A stretch of DNA of 63,984 bases, filler included, from an uncultured bacterium (GTDB taxonomy: Bacteria > CAYJRR01): NCBI GenBank assembly GCA_964372275.1. It is 3 parts of 3 records of this genome, joined end to end, with 100 filler letters (N's around TTAATTAATTAA, not from the genome) between each part and the next. Parts side by side here need not be neighbours in the genome. Positions count along the whole stretch, not along the records: positions 1 to 26,743 come from CAYJRR010000061.1; 2 more parts are not named here. One strand, written 5' to 3'. This document shows, one piece after another, positions 1 through 12,166 of the stretch; within the stretch, counting starts at the first letter, position 1, and every line of letters starts with the position of its first letter. The position numbers were made by a program, and so were the translations under genes. The notes under the pieces are model-generated. The model had not been told where the DNA came from and ran no database searches. It saw only the letters and a program-made list of their open reading frames with translations.

Positions 1-1
1 C

Positions 2-2179
<2,178 letters not shown>

Positions 2180-2323
2180 CGGCCGACGGCCGCTTTCCAA
2201 AGCGGCGGCGGCGCTTTACAAGCTCTCGCGGCGCGTGCTATCGAGCGACGTCGGCCGGGGCGTTCGCCCACTCGCTCGAACGAACTCGGCGACGCCTCTT
2301 TTCACGTAGGTCCTTCGACTCCC

Positions 2324-4222
2324 ATGCCCAAATCCTGGTACCAACGGCTCTGGCTGGTGCTCGCGGTCGTCCTCGGTTCGCTCTACGTGCTTCTGCCGAC
2401 GTTCCTCTGGAGACCGGCCGGCGAAGGAACGACGGTCGGGGTCGAGGAGGCGGCTCCGGCCGGGACGCCGCGCGCCGACGAGACGGCGATCCGGTCTCCC
2501 ACCGATCCGGCGGAGATGGCGGCGGCGGGCACCACCACCGGGCGCGCGATCGCCGGCGCCGACGGCGACGCCGCCGCGGAGGCGGCCGAGGAGATGCCCG
2601 GCTACATGGCCTTCTTCCCCAAGAAGCGGCTTCGGTTGGGGCTCGACCTGGTCGGCGGCAGCCACCTCGCGCTCGGCGTCGACACCGACGAGGCGCTCCG
2701 GACGTTGATCGGCGGCCACCGGCGCGAAGTGAAGGACCGTCTGACCAAGGAAGGGATCCCGTTCGAGTCGGTGTCGCAGCCGCTCGGAACCACCGAGCTG
2801 GAGGTGGCGCTCAAAGCCGCCGAGGACCGTGACGACCTGCGCGACCTGATGGAAAAGCACGTCGACAGCCGCCTCGAGGAGAAGCGGTTCGGGGAGAAGG
2901 ACGGCGCCTTCGTCGCCGCCTACGGGTTCGAGTCGGCATGGATCGACGAGCTCGAGAACCAGTCGGTGACGCAGGTGCTCGAGCTGCTGCGGACGCGCGT
3001 CAACGAGTTCGGCGTCGCCGAGCCGATCATCTTCCGGGAGAAGACCGACCGGATCGTGGTCGAGCTTCCGGGCCTGAAGAACCCCGAGGAGGCGATCCAG
3101 AACATCAAGCGCACGGCGCTCCTCGAGTTCCACATCGTCGACGAGGACTGGTATCGCGACCAGGGCGGCGACGGAGCCGGCACGGCGCTCCTGCGGCAGT
3201 GGGTCGACGAGGCGCTGGCCGGTCTCGGGGCCCAGGCGACCGACGCCCAGATCAACCAGACGCTGGTGGGCAAGGTCCCGGAGGACAGCGGCGTCTGGTT
3301 CATGAAGACGCTCGACCCCAAGACCAAGCAGCTGGCGCGCACCCAGCCGATGCTGCTCAAGCGGGAGATCGCGCTCACCGGAGACCGGCTGCAGGACGCG
3401 AACCCGAACACCGACCGGTTCAACAAGTGGCAGGTGCAGATCCGGTTCGACGAGGAGGGCGGGGACAAGTTCGCCAAGGTCACCGGCGAGAACGTCGGCA
3501 AACGGATGGCGGTCGTCCTCGAAGGGGCGATCCAGACCGCCCCCCAGATCCAGGACAAGATCGAAGGCGGAGACGCGGTGATCACCCTCGGTTCCGGACG
3601 GGACCCGCAGGCCCAGGCGAACGAGGCGGCGAACATCGCGCGCGTCCTCAAGACCGGAGCGCTGCCGGCGCCGGTGCGGATCGAGCAGAACCGCACCGTC
3701 GGCCCGTCGCTCGGAGCGGACTCGATCGAGAAGGGGGTGCGGGCCGGCCTGCTCGGCACGCTGCTCGTCTTCGCGTTCGCGATCTACTGGTACCGCGCGT
3801 CGGGGGTGATCGCGGTGACGACGCTGATCGCCAACGCCATCGTGCTGTTGGGGGCGATGACCTTCTTCGACGCGACGCTCACCCTCCCCGGCATCGCCGG
3901 CGTGGTGCTCACCATCGGCATGGCGGTCGACTCGAACGTGCTGATCTACGAGCGCATCCGCGAGGAGCTGCGAATCGGGAAGACGATCAAGGCGGCGGTC
4001 GACGCCGGCTTCGACAAGGCGTTCACCTCGATCGTCGACGGAAACCTCACCACCGCGGCGGCAGGGGTGGTGCTCTATCTCTACGGAACCGACCAGATCA
4101 AGGGGTTCGCCGTCACGCTCCTGATCGGCATCGCGACGACCCTGTTCACGGCGCTGGTGATCACGCGCCTGCTGTTCGACTACTGGACGATCAAGCTCAA
4201 GCCGCAGACGCTCTCGATCTAG
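2324..4222 (+). CDS. secD: protein translocase subunit SecD
   Basis: LGLDLVGG, RVNEFGVAEP, VGPSLG, IGMAVDSNVLIYERIREE, IKGFAVTL. Confidence 0.97.
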   Translation: MPKSWYQRLWLVLAVVLGSLYVLLPTFLWRPAGEGTTVGVEEAAPAGTPRADETAIRSPTDPAEMAAAGTTTGRAIAGADGDAAAEAAEEMPGYMAFFPKKRLRLGLDLVGGSHLALGVDTDEALRTLIGGHRREVKDRLTKEGIPFESVSQPLGTTELEVALKAAEDRDDLRDLMEKHVDSRLEEKRFGEKDGAFVAAYGFESAWIDELENQSVTQVLELLRTRVNEFGVAEPIIFREKTDRIVVELPGLKNPEEAIQNIKRTALLEFHIVDEDWYRDQGGDGAGTALLRQWVDEALAGLGAQATDAQINQTLVGKVPEDSGVWFMKTLDPKTKQLARTQPMLLKREIALTGDRLQDANPNTDRFNKWQVQIRFDEEGGDKFAKVTGENVGKRMAVVLEGAIQTAPQIQDKIEGGDAVITLGSGRDPQAQANEAANIARVLKTGALPAPVRIEQNRTVGPSLGADSIEKGVRAGLLGTLLVFAFAIYWYRASGVIAVTTLIANAIVLLGAMTFFDATLTLPGIAGVVLTIGMAVDSNVLIYERIREELRIGKTIKAAVDAGFDKAFTSIVDGNLTTAAAGVVLYLYGTDQIKGFAVTLLIGIATTLFTALVITRLLFDYWTIKLKPQTLSI

Positions 4223-4236
4223 AAAGGGCAACCGCT

Positions 4237-5412
4237 TTGGGTCCACAGCTCCTGGTCAACGCCAACTTCGACTTCGTCGGGAAGCGGAACCTCTTCCTCG
4301 GGGCTTCGGCGGTCCTCGTCGGGGTCTCGCTCGTCTCCCTCGCCACCCGGGGCTTGAACTACGGCGTCGAGTTCACCGGCGGCGCCCAGCTGGAGGTCGA
4401 CTTCACCGGCTCGGCCGAGATCGACGCCGTCCGCGGCGCGGTCCAGGAGGCGGGGATCGAGGGGGCTCTGGTCACGACCATCGGGTCCGCGGAGGACCAC
4501 GCCTTCCTGATCCGGGTCCAGTCCTCGAGCCGCGGCGGCGAGGACCTCGGGTCGAAGATGAAGCAGGCGCTGGTGGCGAAGTACGGCGAGGACAAGGTCA
4601 CCTACTTCGCGTTCGACGCCGAGGCCCGCGACTCCGCCACGGCGCGCGTCGAGCAGACGGTTTCGGCCGAGGAGGTGAAGGCCGTCTTCAACCAGCCCGA
4701 CATCCTCGGCGGCGTCCGCGTCGACGAGGTGCGCATCGATCCGGAGAGCGGGATCCTGACGATCACGCTCGAGAACGCCGCGCGCGACGTGCTGGCCGCG
4801 CTCGACAAGCGGTTCGGCAAGGGGAGCTACGAGGCGTCGATCGACGCCATCGGCGCCGCCGTCTCCCGCGACCTGAAGCGCAAGGCGTTCCTCTCGATCG
4901 CCGCCGCCTGCGTGCTGATCGCCGTCTACATCTGGCTCCGGTTCGAGGCCAATTTCGCCCCGGGAGTGATCCTGGCGCTGATCCACGACGCGGTGGTGGT
5001 GCTCGGGATCTGGTCGCTGTTCCGGGAGTCGTTCGAGTTCAACCTCACGATCGTGGCGGCGATCCTGGCGATCATCGGCTACTCGGTGAACGACACCGTC
5101 GTCATCTACGACCGAATCCGGGAGAACCTGCTCAAGCACCAGAGCAAGGACTTCTACTGGGTGCTGAACCGGTCGGTGAACGAGACGCTGTCGCGCACCT
5201 TCCTCACCTCCGGAGCGACGCTTTTGACCGTGCTCTCCATCGCGCTGATCGGCGGCGAGTCGATCGCCGGCTTCGGCTGGGCGATGACCTTCGGCCTGGT
5301 CAGCGGCACCTGGTCGACGATCGCCGTGGCGATGCCGGCCACCGCGCTGGTCCACGAGCTGCAGGAGCGCCGGGGCGTCGGCACCCCCTCGGCGGCGCGG
5401 CAACACGGGTAA
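4237..5412 (+). CDS. secF: protein translocase subunit SecF
   Basis: GLNYGVEFTGG, IGYSVNDTVVIYDRIRE, ETLSRT; probable TTG start after AGAAAGGG. Confidence 0.95.
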   Translation: MGPQLLVNANFDFVGKRNLFLGASAVLVGVSLVSLATRGLNYGVEFTGGAQLEVDFTGSAEIDAVRGAVQEAGIEGALVTTIGSAEDHAFLIRVQSSSRGGEDLGSKMKQALVAKYGEDKVTYFAFDAEARDSATARVEQTVSAEEVKAVFNQPDILGGVRVDEVRIDPESGILTITLENAARDVLAALDKRFGKGSYEASIDAIGAAVSRDLKRKAFLSIAAACVLIAVYIWLRFEANFAPGVILALIHDAVVVLGIWSLFRESFEFNLTIVAAILAIIGYSVNDTVVIYDRIRENLLKHQSKDFYWVLNRSVNETLSRTFLTSGATLLTVLSIALIGGESIAGFGWAMTFGLVSGTWSTIAVAMPATALVHELQERRGVGTPSAARQHG

Positions 5413-5425
5413 ACGGCGAGACCTC

Positions 5426-7279
5426 GTGGCGAGCCACACCTTCCCGCCGTCCGACGCAGCCGGCGCCCCGAAGGAACCGCGCGGCGGGCGCGCCAACCGA
5501 TCCGAATCGGAGCGGATGGCCCGGCCCCGGCGATGGCGGCTGGTCCGTGGCGCCTCCGACGAGACGGTCGACGTCCTGGCGCGGACGCTCCGGCTGACCC
5601 GGGCCACCGCCGCCGTCCTCGCCAACCGCGGATTGGCCGACCCGGACCAGGCGCGGCGTTTCCTTCGGCCGTCGTTCGACGAACTCCCCGATCCCGGCCG
5701 GCTGAAGCAGATGGACCGGGCGATCGAGGTGGTGGTGCGGGCGGTGAAGGAGCGGCGCCGGATCGTCGTGCACGGCGACTACGACGTCGACGGCGTCTCC
5801 GGTTCCGCGGTCCTGACCGAGTTTCTGCGCGCGGTCGAGGGGGACGTCGTCCCGTTCATCCCCGACCGCATGAACCACGGCTACGGCTTCTCGCGGGCCT
5901 CGCTCGCCGAGTGCCAGCGGCTGGGGGCGCGGGTGGTGATCACCTGCGACTGCGGAACGGCGTCGGTCGACGAGGTGGCGGAGGCGCAAGGTGCGGGGAT
6001 CGAGGTGGTGATCACCGACCACCACGAGCCCGGTCCGGTCCTCCCCAAGGCGGCCGCGCTCCTCAATCCGAAGCAGGCCGGGGAGACGTTCCCCGACCGG
6101 AACCTGTGCGGCACCGGGATGGCGTTCCTGCTGGTGATCGGACTGCGCCGCGCGCTCCGCGAGGCGGGCTGGTTCGCCGACCGGCCCGAGCCCAACCTGA
6201 AGCTGATGCTCGACATCGTGGCGATCGCGACGATCGGCGACATGGTGCCGCTGACCGGGATCAACCGGGTGCTGGTGCGCGAAGGGATGCCGCTGCTCGA
6301 CGCCGGCCGCCGGCCGGGAATCGCCGCGCTCAAGGAGCTGGCCGGCGTGCGCGACCGGTTCCGCGAATCGCACGTCTCGTTCGGGATCGTGCCGCGCATC
6401 AACGCCGCCGGGAGGCTGGGATCGGCGCGCGTCGCGCTCGACCTGTTGCTGTCGCGCAATCCGGACGAGGCCCGGGAGCTCGCCGCCCGGCTCGACGAGG
6501 CGAACCGCCGGCGTCAGGAGATCGAGGCCGGGATCTTCGAGGAGGCGCTGGCGAAGGTGGCGGCCGACCCGGCCCTGTCGGACGGTCCGGCGATCGTGCT
6601 CGCCTCCGAGGCGTGGCACGCCGGGGTGGTCGGGATCATCGCCGCACGCCTGGTCGACCGTTTCCACAAGCCGGCGATCGTGCTCGCCGTCTCGGAGGAG
6701 AACGGCCAGCGCGTGGCGCGCGGCTCGGCGCGGTCGTTGCGGCGCTTGAACCTGTTCGAGGCGTTGAGCGCCTGCTCCGAGCACCTGCTGCGTTTCGGCG
6801 GCCACGCCGGCGCCGCGGGGATGACCGTCGCCGAAGCGGAGGTCCCACGGCTGCGCGACGCCTTCACCCGCGAAGCGGGGAAGCGGCTCTCGACCGCCGA
6901 CCTCGTGCCGGAGCTCGACATCGACGCCGAGCTCCTCGGCGACCAGATCGACGAGACGTTGGTGATCGAGCTGTCGAACCTGGGCCCGCACGGTGTCGAG
7001 AATCCGGAGCCGATCCTGAAACTGCGCGGACTCCCGGTGGTCGGCTCGCGGATCGTGGGGAACAACCATCTCCGTCTCGATCTCGGCGGCGGCTGGGGCC
7101 GGCTGGAGGCGATCGGATTCGGCTACGGCGAGTGCCTGCCGAAGATCCCGGCCAAGCTCGACCTGGCCGTCGTCCCCTACCGTCGCGAATGGCGCGGCCG
7201 CATGCAGAACGAGTTCCGCATCAAGGACCTCGGCCTCGGTCCCGTGGAGCAGGTCGCCCCGCTCCACCCGAGCGAGTAG
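5426..7279 (+). CDS. recJ: single-stranded-DNA-specific exonuclease RecJ (start uncertain, alternative ATG 5516)
   Basis: HGDYDVDG, ITCDCG, TDHH, PRINAAGRL, RGSARS, FGGHAGAAG. Confidence 0.96.
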   Translation: MASHTFPPSDAAGAPKEPRGGRANRSESERMARPRRWRLVRGASDETVDVLARTLRLTRATAAVLANRGLADPDQARRFLRPSFDELPDPGRLKQMDRAIEVVVRAVKERRRIVVHGDYDVDGVSGSAVLTEFLRAVEGDVVPFIPDRMNHGYGFSRASLAECQRLGARVVITCDCGTASVDEVAEAQGAGIEVVITDHHEPGPVLPKAAALLNPKQAGETFPDRNLCGTGMAFLLVIGLRRALREAGWFADRPEPNLKLMLDIVAIATIGDMVPLTGINRVLVREGMPLLDAGRRPGIAALKELAGVRDRFRESHVSFGIVPRINAAGRLGSARVALDLLLSRNPDEARELAARLDEANRRRQEIEAGIFEEALAKVAADPALSDGPAIVLASEAWHAGVVGIIAARLVDRFHKPAIVLAVSEENGQRVARGSARSLRRLNLFEALSACSEHLLRFGGHAGAAGMTVAEAEVPRLRDAFTREAGKRLSTADLVPELDIDAELLGDQIDETLVIELSNLGPHGVENPEPILKLRGLPVVGSRIVGNNHLRLDLGGGWGRLEAIGFGYGECLPKIPAKLDLAVVPYRREWRGRMQNEFRIKDLGLGPVEQVAPLHPSE

Positions 7280-7315
7280 AACCGCGGGACACCGGAGTAG
7301 AATCGTCGCGAACCC

Positions 7316-9418
7316 TTGGCGCGCCGAGTCCGCAACGAGAAGCCTTCCAATCCGATCCTGGCGCGGCCGCTGCCCGACCTTCGGCGCGAGTGGTGGTGGC
7401 CGGCGGCGGTGTTCGTCCTGCTCCTGGCGGTCTACGCCTGGAGCATGCCGCGGACGGTGACGCTCGAGGACTCGGGGCTGTTCCTGATGTCCTGCCACAC
7501 CGCCGGCGTGTCGCACCCGCCCGGATATCCGCTGCACAGTCTGATCGGGAAGCTCTTCACCCTCCTGCCGATCGGGAGCGTCGCGGTGAGGGTGCATCTG
7601 GTGAGCGCCGTCTTCGGCGCCCTCACCGCGGCGGTGGTGTGGTGGATCGCCCGCGTGCTCACCGGAAACGTCGCGGCGGCGATCGCGGCGGGACTGACGC
7701 TGGGTCTGTCCCGCGAGTTCTGGGGGCAGAGCATCATCGCCGAGGTCTACAGCCTCAACACCTTCTTCTTCTTCCTCCTCTTCGCGGTCGCCCTCGCCTA
7801 CCGCGTCGACGGCCGGGAGCGGTGGTTGACGTGGCTCGGGCCTCTCTACGGACTCTCTCTCGCCAACCACTGGCCGCTGATCGTGCTCTCCACGCCGGCG
7901 CTCGCCCTCCTGCTCTGGCCGCGCCGGCAGCGCGTCGTCTCGGCGTGGAAGACGTGGGCGCCCGCGGCGGCGGTGGCGGCGGCCCTCCCTTACGCCTACC
8001 TGGTGGTCCGGTCGCTCACCGACCCGGCGATCAGCTTCATCGGCCCCCTCGATTCGTTCGACCGGGCGCTCTACTTCGTGCTGCGGAAGGCCTATTCGGA
8101 GTCGGACGCCAATCCGATGGCCGGGTCGATCGACAAGCTCCTCTTCCTCGAGTTCTTCGGCCGGCAGATGCTGGCGCAGCTCACGCCGCTTTGGGCCCTG
8201 GCCGCCGCCGCGGGTCTGATCTCCTCGTGGCGCCGCTGGCCGCGGGAGATCTTCGCCGCCGCGCTCGCCGCCTTCGTCGCCAACGGCCTCCTCCTGATCC
8301 TGCTGCTGAAGCGCGACTTCACCCTCCTCGAAAGCGCCGTCTTCAAGGTCTATCCGTTGATCTCCTACGGGGTGATGGCGCTGTGGATCGCCGCCGCGCT
8401 GGGTTCGCTGGCGGAACGGCTTGCCGGGCGGTCGGCCGGCTGGCGCTTCGCGGCCCCGGCCGCCGGGCTGGCGCTCACCGCCGCCGGACTGGTCGCGAAC
8501 GCGCCGGTGAACGACCGGCACCGATACGTCTGGGCGCGCGACTACGCGCAGACGGTCCTCGAGTCGCTGGCGCCGAACGCCGTCCTACTCACGCACGGAG
8601 ACGCCGACACCGGGGCGATCGGATACCTGCACCACGTGGAAGGGATGCGTCCCGACGTCACCCTCTACAACGACCAGGGGTTGATCTTCGGCGATCGACT
8701 CTTCCGGCCGCCGACCAGCGCCAAGGCGCGCGCGCAGGCGGTGATCGACTTCGTGAAAAAGTCCGACCGCCCGGTCTACTACTTCGACGACCTCGACTTG
8801 CCGTGGGGGAAGGAGAAGACGGCGCTTTTCCACCGGGTCGACAAGGCCTCTCCGAAAGGGGCCGAGCGAACGGCGATCGATCCGCGGCAGCGCGACTACT
8901 GCCGCCGGATCGCCGCCCAGACCGACACCACCGACCTGTGGACCGTCGATCACCGTTCGGCGCTCGTCGGCAACTGCGGACGGGTCCTGACCAAGGCGCT
9001 CGGGGCTGCGCGGGATCCCGCGACGGTGGAGGCGCTGTCGGCCGTGACCCGGACCTTTGCGGGGAAGGTCGGCCACGTCGACGTGCTCGCCGAAAACGGC
9101 GACGCGCGCGCACTCAAGGCGGTGCTCGACGACGCGTCGGCCCAGATCGACGGTTTGATTCCCGACGCGCTGCTGGCGCGCTTTCACTACCTGCGCGGGT
9201 TCCTGCGCTACAAGCTCGGGGAGAAGGACGAGGCGCTCGCCGACTTCCTCCGCTCGATCGAGCTGCACCCCTCGCGCGACAACAGCGCCGTCCTGAACGC
9301 GCTGCAGATCCACGCCATGCGCGGCGAGCGGAAGACTTATCGCGAGACGCGCCTCCGCTACTACGGCCGCGACGCGTCCCCGGAACTCGCCGACGCCGAT
9401 CGGATGGCGGGCTTCTAG
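7316..9418 (+). CDS. DUF2723/TMEM260-like multi-pass membrane glycosyltransferase with C-terminal TPR
   Basis: EDSGLF..GVSHPPGYPL, AEVYSLN, GLSLANH, many TM helices, HGDADT..YL..VEG.RPDV, C-terminal TPR (YLRG..LGEKDEALADFLRSIELHP). Confidence 0.85.
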   Translation: MARRVRNEKPSNPILARPLPDLRREWWWPAAVFVLLLAVYAWSMPRTVTLEDSGLFLMSCHTAGVSHPPGYPLHSLIGKLFTLLPIGSVAVRVHLVSAVFGALTAAVVWWIARVLTGNVAAAIAAGLTLGLSREFWGQSIIAEVYSLNTFFFFLLFAVALAYRVDGRERWLTWLGPLYGLSLANHWPLIVLSTPALALLLWPRRQRVVSAWKTWAPAAAVAAALPYAYLVVRSLTDPAISFIGPLDSFDRALYFVLRKAYSESDANPMAGSIDKLLFLEFFGRQMLAQLTPLWALAAAAGLISSWRRWPREIFAAALAAFVANGLLLILLLKRDFTLLESAVFKVYPLISYGVMALWIAAALGSLAERLAGRSAGWRFAAPAAGLALTAAGLVANAPVNDRHRYVWARDYAQTVLESLAPNAVLLTHGDADTGAIGYLHHVEGMRPDVTLYNDQGLIFGDRLFRPPTSAKARAQAVIDFVKKSDRPVYYFDDLDLPWGKEKTALFHRVDKASPKGAERTAIDPRQRDYCRRIAAQTDTTDLWTVDHRSALVGNCGRVLTKALGAARDPATVEALSAVTRTFAGKVGHVDVLAENGDARALKAVLDDASAQIDGLIPDALLARFHYLRGFLRYKLGEKDEALADFLRSIELHPSRDNSAVLNALQIHAMRGERKTYRETRLRYYGRDASPELADADRMAGF

Positions 9419-9419
9419 G

Positions 9420-11468
9420 GTGAGCCGGCACCGGAAGCGCGCGCCCGACGGCCGGCGCCAGACCGAGTCATCACCGACGGCCCTGCTGGCGCGGCCGCTG
9501 CCCGACCTCCGCCGCGAGTGGGCGGCGCCGCTCACCTCGTTCCTGCTCGTCTTCGCGGTCTTCGTCTGGAGCGCCCCGCGGACGGTGACCCTGGAGGATT
9601 CGGGCCTGTTCATCATGTCCTGCCACACCGCCGGGATCTCCCACGCCCCCGGCTATCCGCTCCACAGCCTGCTGGGAAAGCTGTTCACGCTGCTGCCGAT
9701 CGGCTCGATCGCCTTCCGCATCCACCTCCTGAGCGCGCTGTTCGGCGCGGCGACGACGGCAGTGTTGTGGTGGATCGCGCGGGTGCTGACCGGCGACGTC
9801 GTCCTCGCCCTCGCCGCGTCGATCGGCTACGGCGTGTCGCGCGAGTTCTGGGCGCAGAGCATCATTGCCGAGGTCTACAGCCTCAACACCTTCCTCTTCC
9901 TGCTCCTGTTCGCGGTCGCCCTGGCCTATCGGATCGACGGCGACGCGCGCCGGCTGCCGGTCGCCGGCCTGTTGCTCGGTCTGGGATTGAGCCACCACTG
10001 GCCGCTGGTGGCGCTCTCGCTGCCGGCGGTCGTGTGCCTCCTTTGGCCGCGGAGGCGCGCCCTCCTTCCGCATCTGCCCCGGTGCGCGGCCTTCGCCGCC
10101 GCCGGGTTGGTGCCGTTCGTGTGGATGGTCCTCCGCTCGTGGAGCGATCCGCCGATCAGCTTCATCGGTCCGCTCGATTCGCCGTCGCGCGTCCTCTACT
10201 TCATCCTGCGCAAGGGGTACGAGGAGGTCGACGTCAGCGCCACCGCCGGGTGGAGCGACCGCGCCCGCTTCCTGGGCTACTTCGCCGGACAGGTCGCCGC
10301 GCAGCAGACGGTGGTCGGCCTGGCGTTCGCCGCACTCGGGTTCGCCGCGCAGTGGCGGCGGTGGCCGAGGGAGATCGGTCTGGCGCTCACGCTCCTGTTC
10401 CTCGGGAGCAGCGTCCTGGTGGTCCTCCTGCTCCGGCGCGACTTCACCTTCTACGAGCGCGCCGTCTTCAAGGTCTACCCGCTCCTTTCCTACGCCGCGC
10501 TGTCGATCTGGATCGCCGCCGGCATCGACGCCGTGCGCGACGCCCGGATGCGCCGCGCGGTCCACCCGTCGGGCATCCAGGGGGAGCGCCCCCTGCGCGG
10601 ATTCGCGCCGGTGGCCGCGCTCTCGGTCGTCGGGCTGGCGGTGCTGTTCAACGCGCCGCTCAATGTCCGGCGCGACGACCGGTGGGGCCGCGACTTCGCC
10701 GAGACGGTCCTTGCATCGCTCGAGCCGAACGCCGTCTTCTTCACCCACGGCGACGTCGACACCGGAACGCTGGGATACCTGAACCGCGTCGAAGGGGTCC
10801 GGCCGGACGTGACGATCTACAACTCGCGCGGGCTGGTGTTCTCCAATCGCCTCTTCCGAATCCCTCCGACGCCGGCGGTCCGCGCGCGGGCGCTGCGGGA
10901 GTTCGTGGAGCGGACCGATCGGCCGGTCTACTACAACGGCGATCTCGAAGGGCCGTGGGGGGTCGAGCTTCATCCGCTCTTCCGCCGCGTCGTCAAGTCG
11001 CTTCCGCCGGGAACCCAGCGCACGGTGGCGCACCCGGACATCGTCGACTACTGCCGCCGGATCGCCGCCGACACCGGCGAGAGGGAGATCTGGACGGTGG
11101 GCCACCGCTCGGCGATGGTCTCCAACTGCGGCCGCGCGCTCGCAACGATCGTCCGGGAGTCGAACGACGTGGGCACGACCGAGGCGATGGAGGTCGTCTC
11201 GGGCGCGTTCTCCGGAAAGGTCGGCCTCCTGGACCGGATGGCCCACGACGGCGACCTCGCGCTCGTCTCGCGGTGGGTGGACGAAGCCGATCGCCAACTC
11301 GTGGGCGACCTGCCGGAGACCCATCTCGCCCGTTACTTCTACCTGCGCTCGCTCGTCCGGGCGCGGCAAGGGGACACCCGCCGGGCGCGCGACGACCTGA
11401 ACCGCTCGATCGCCCTCCATCCCTGGCCCGACGCGGTCGAGGAACGGGACCGCCGGCGCGCCAAGTAG
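9420..11468 (+). CDS. DUF2723/TMEM260-like glycosyltransferase, tandem paralog
   Basis: Same motifs as 7316-9418 (EDSGLF, SHAPGYPL, AEVYSLN, HGDVDT, VEGVRPDV); colinear over nearly full length. Confidence 0.85.
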   Translation: MSRHRKRAPDGRRQTESSPTALLARPLPDLRREWAAPLTSFLLVFAVFVWSAPRTVTLEDSGLFIMSCHTAGISHAPGYPLHSLLGKLFTLLPIGSIAFRIHLLSALFGAATTAVLWWIARVLTGDVVLALAASIGYGVSREFWAQSIIAEVYSLNTFLFLLLFAVALAYRIDGDARRLPVAGLLLGLGLSHHWPLVALSLPAVVCLLWPRRRALLPHLPRCAAFAAAGLVPFVWMVLRSWSDPPISFIGPLDSPSRVLYFILRKGYEEVDVSATAGWSDRARFLGYFAGQVAAQQTVVGLAFAALGFAAQWRRWPREIGLALTLLFLGSSVLVVLLLRRDFTFYERAVFKVYPLLSYAALSIWIAAGIDAVRDARMRRAVHPSGIQGERPLRGFAPVAALSVVGLAVLFNAPLNVRRDDRWGRDFAETVLASLEPNAVFFTHGDVDTGTLGYLNRVEGVRPDVTIYNSRGLVFSNRLFRIPPTPAVRARALREFVERTDRPVYYNGDLEGPWGVELHPLFRRVVKSLPPGTQRTVAHPDIVDYCRRIAADTGEREIWTVGHRSAMVSNCGRALATIVRESNDVGTTEAMEVVSGAFSGKVGLLDRMAHDGDLALVSRWVDEADRQLVGDLPETHLARYFYLRSLVRARQGDTRRARDDLNRSIALHPWPDAVEERDRRRAK

Positions 11469-11506
11469 GCGCCCCGACTCGTTATAACGCGTCGCGTTAA
11501 TTTCCC

Positions 11507-11535
11507 TTGACGCACATGACGCGGCGCATTAACTT
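11507..11535 (+). promoter_or_regulatory. sigma70-like promoter of phasin-like gene
   Basis: TTGACG-17 nt-TAACTT, followed by GAGGAGG SD before ATG 11575. Confidence 0.6.
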
Positions 11536-11574
11536 GAGACTCGAAAGATCGAACATCCGAGGAGGCAACGCATC

Positions 11575-12075
11575 ATGGCACCACGCAAGACCACCCCGCG
11601 ATCCAAAGCCACCGCCCCGGCGAACGACCTGCGGGCCCGCTTCGAGCAGCGGTTGGAGGACGTCCGCGCCCGGTTCAAGGGCTACGAGAAGGACTGGTCG
11701 AAGACGGTCGACCGCCTCGTCGCGCGCGGCCGGACGGCGGAGCGGGACCTGCGCTCCCGTCTCGACAAGGTCAGCCGCGACCTGAACAAGAGCCCGCTCC
11801 TCGAAAGGGTGCGCAAGAACCCGACCTTCCGCCGCTTCACGAGCGTGAACCTGTTCGAGCGGGTAAAGGAGCTCGACTACGAGAAGGCGGTGAACGAGAT
11901 CCGCCGCGACGTGAAGGGGCTGCAGAACGACGTCGTCGACTTCTTCCAGTCGAGCAAGGACCGCCTCAAGCAGGTGATCGACCTTCCGACGCGCACCGAC
12001 TTCGAGCGGCTCAACAAGAAGATCGACCAGCTCTCGACCCAGGTTCGCTCGATCGAGCGCCGCAAGCGCGCCTGA
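11575..12075 (+). CDS. phasin/PHA-granule-associated-like helical protein
   Basis: All-helical charged sequence with C-terminal LPTRTDFERLNKKIDQL motif typical of PhaF/PhaI-like proteins; strong SD. Confidence 0.6.
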   Translation: MAPRKTTPRSKATAPANDLRARFEQRLEDVRARFKGYEKDWSKTVDRLVARGRTAERDLRSRLDKVSRDLNKSPLLERVRKNPTFRRFTSVNLFERVKELDYEKAVNEIRRDVKGLQNDVVDFFQSSKDRLKQVIDLPTRTDFERLNKKIDQLSTQVRSIERRKRA

Positions 12076-12133
12076 TCGGCATCGAGGTCGGAACCCGGCG
12101 CTCCCTCCCGACTCGCCGGTTCCGATGCAGCAG

Positions 12134-12166
12134 CGAAAGCCCGGCCTCTCCCGAGCCGGGCTTTCG
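12134..12166 (+). terminator. GC-rich stem-loop downstream of phasin-like gene
   Basis: CGAAAGCCCGGC / GCCGGGCTTTCG 12-bp inverted repeat; weak U tract. Confidence 0.5.

Noticed and set aside
5300-9423. Very long alternative-frame and antisense ORFs (e.g. 5533-9423, 5300-8521; also 41224-44157, 60595-63636)
   Set aside because: Arg/Pro/Gly-rich shadow ORFs expected at about 70% GC, overlapping well-supported genes
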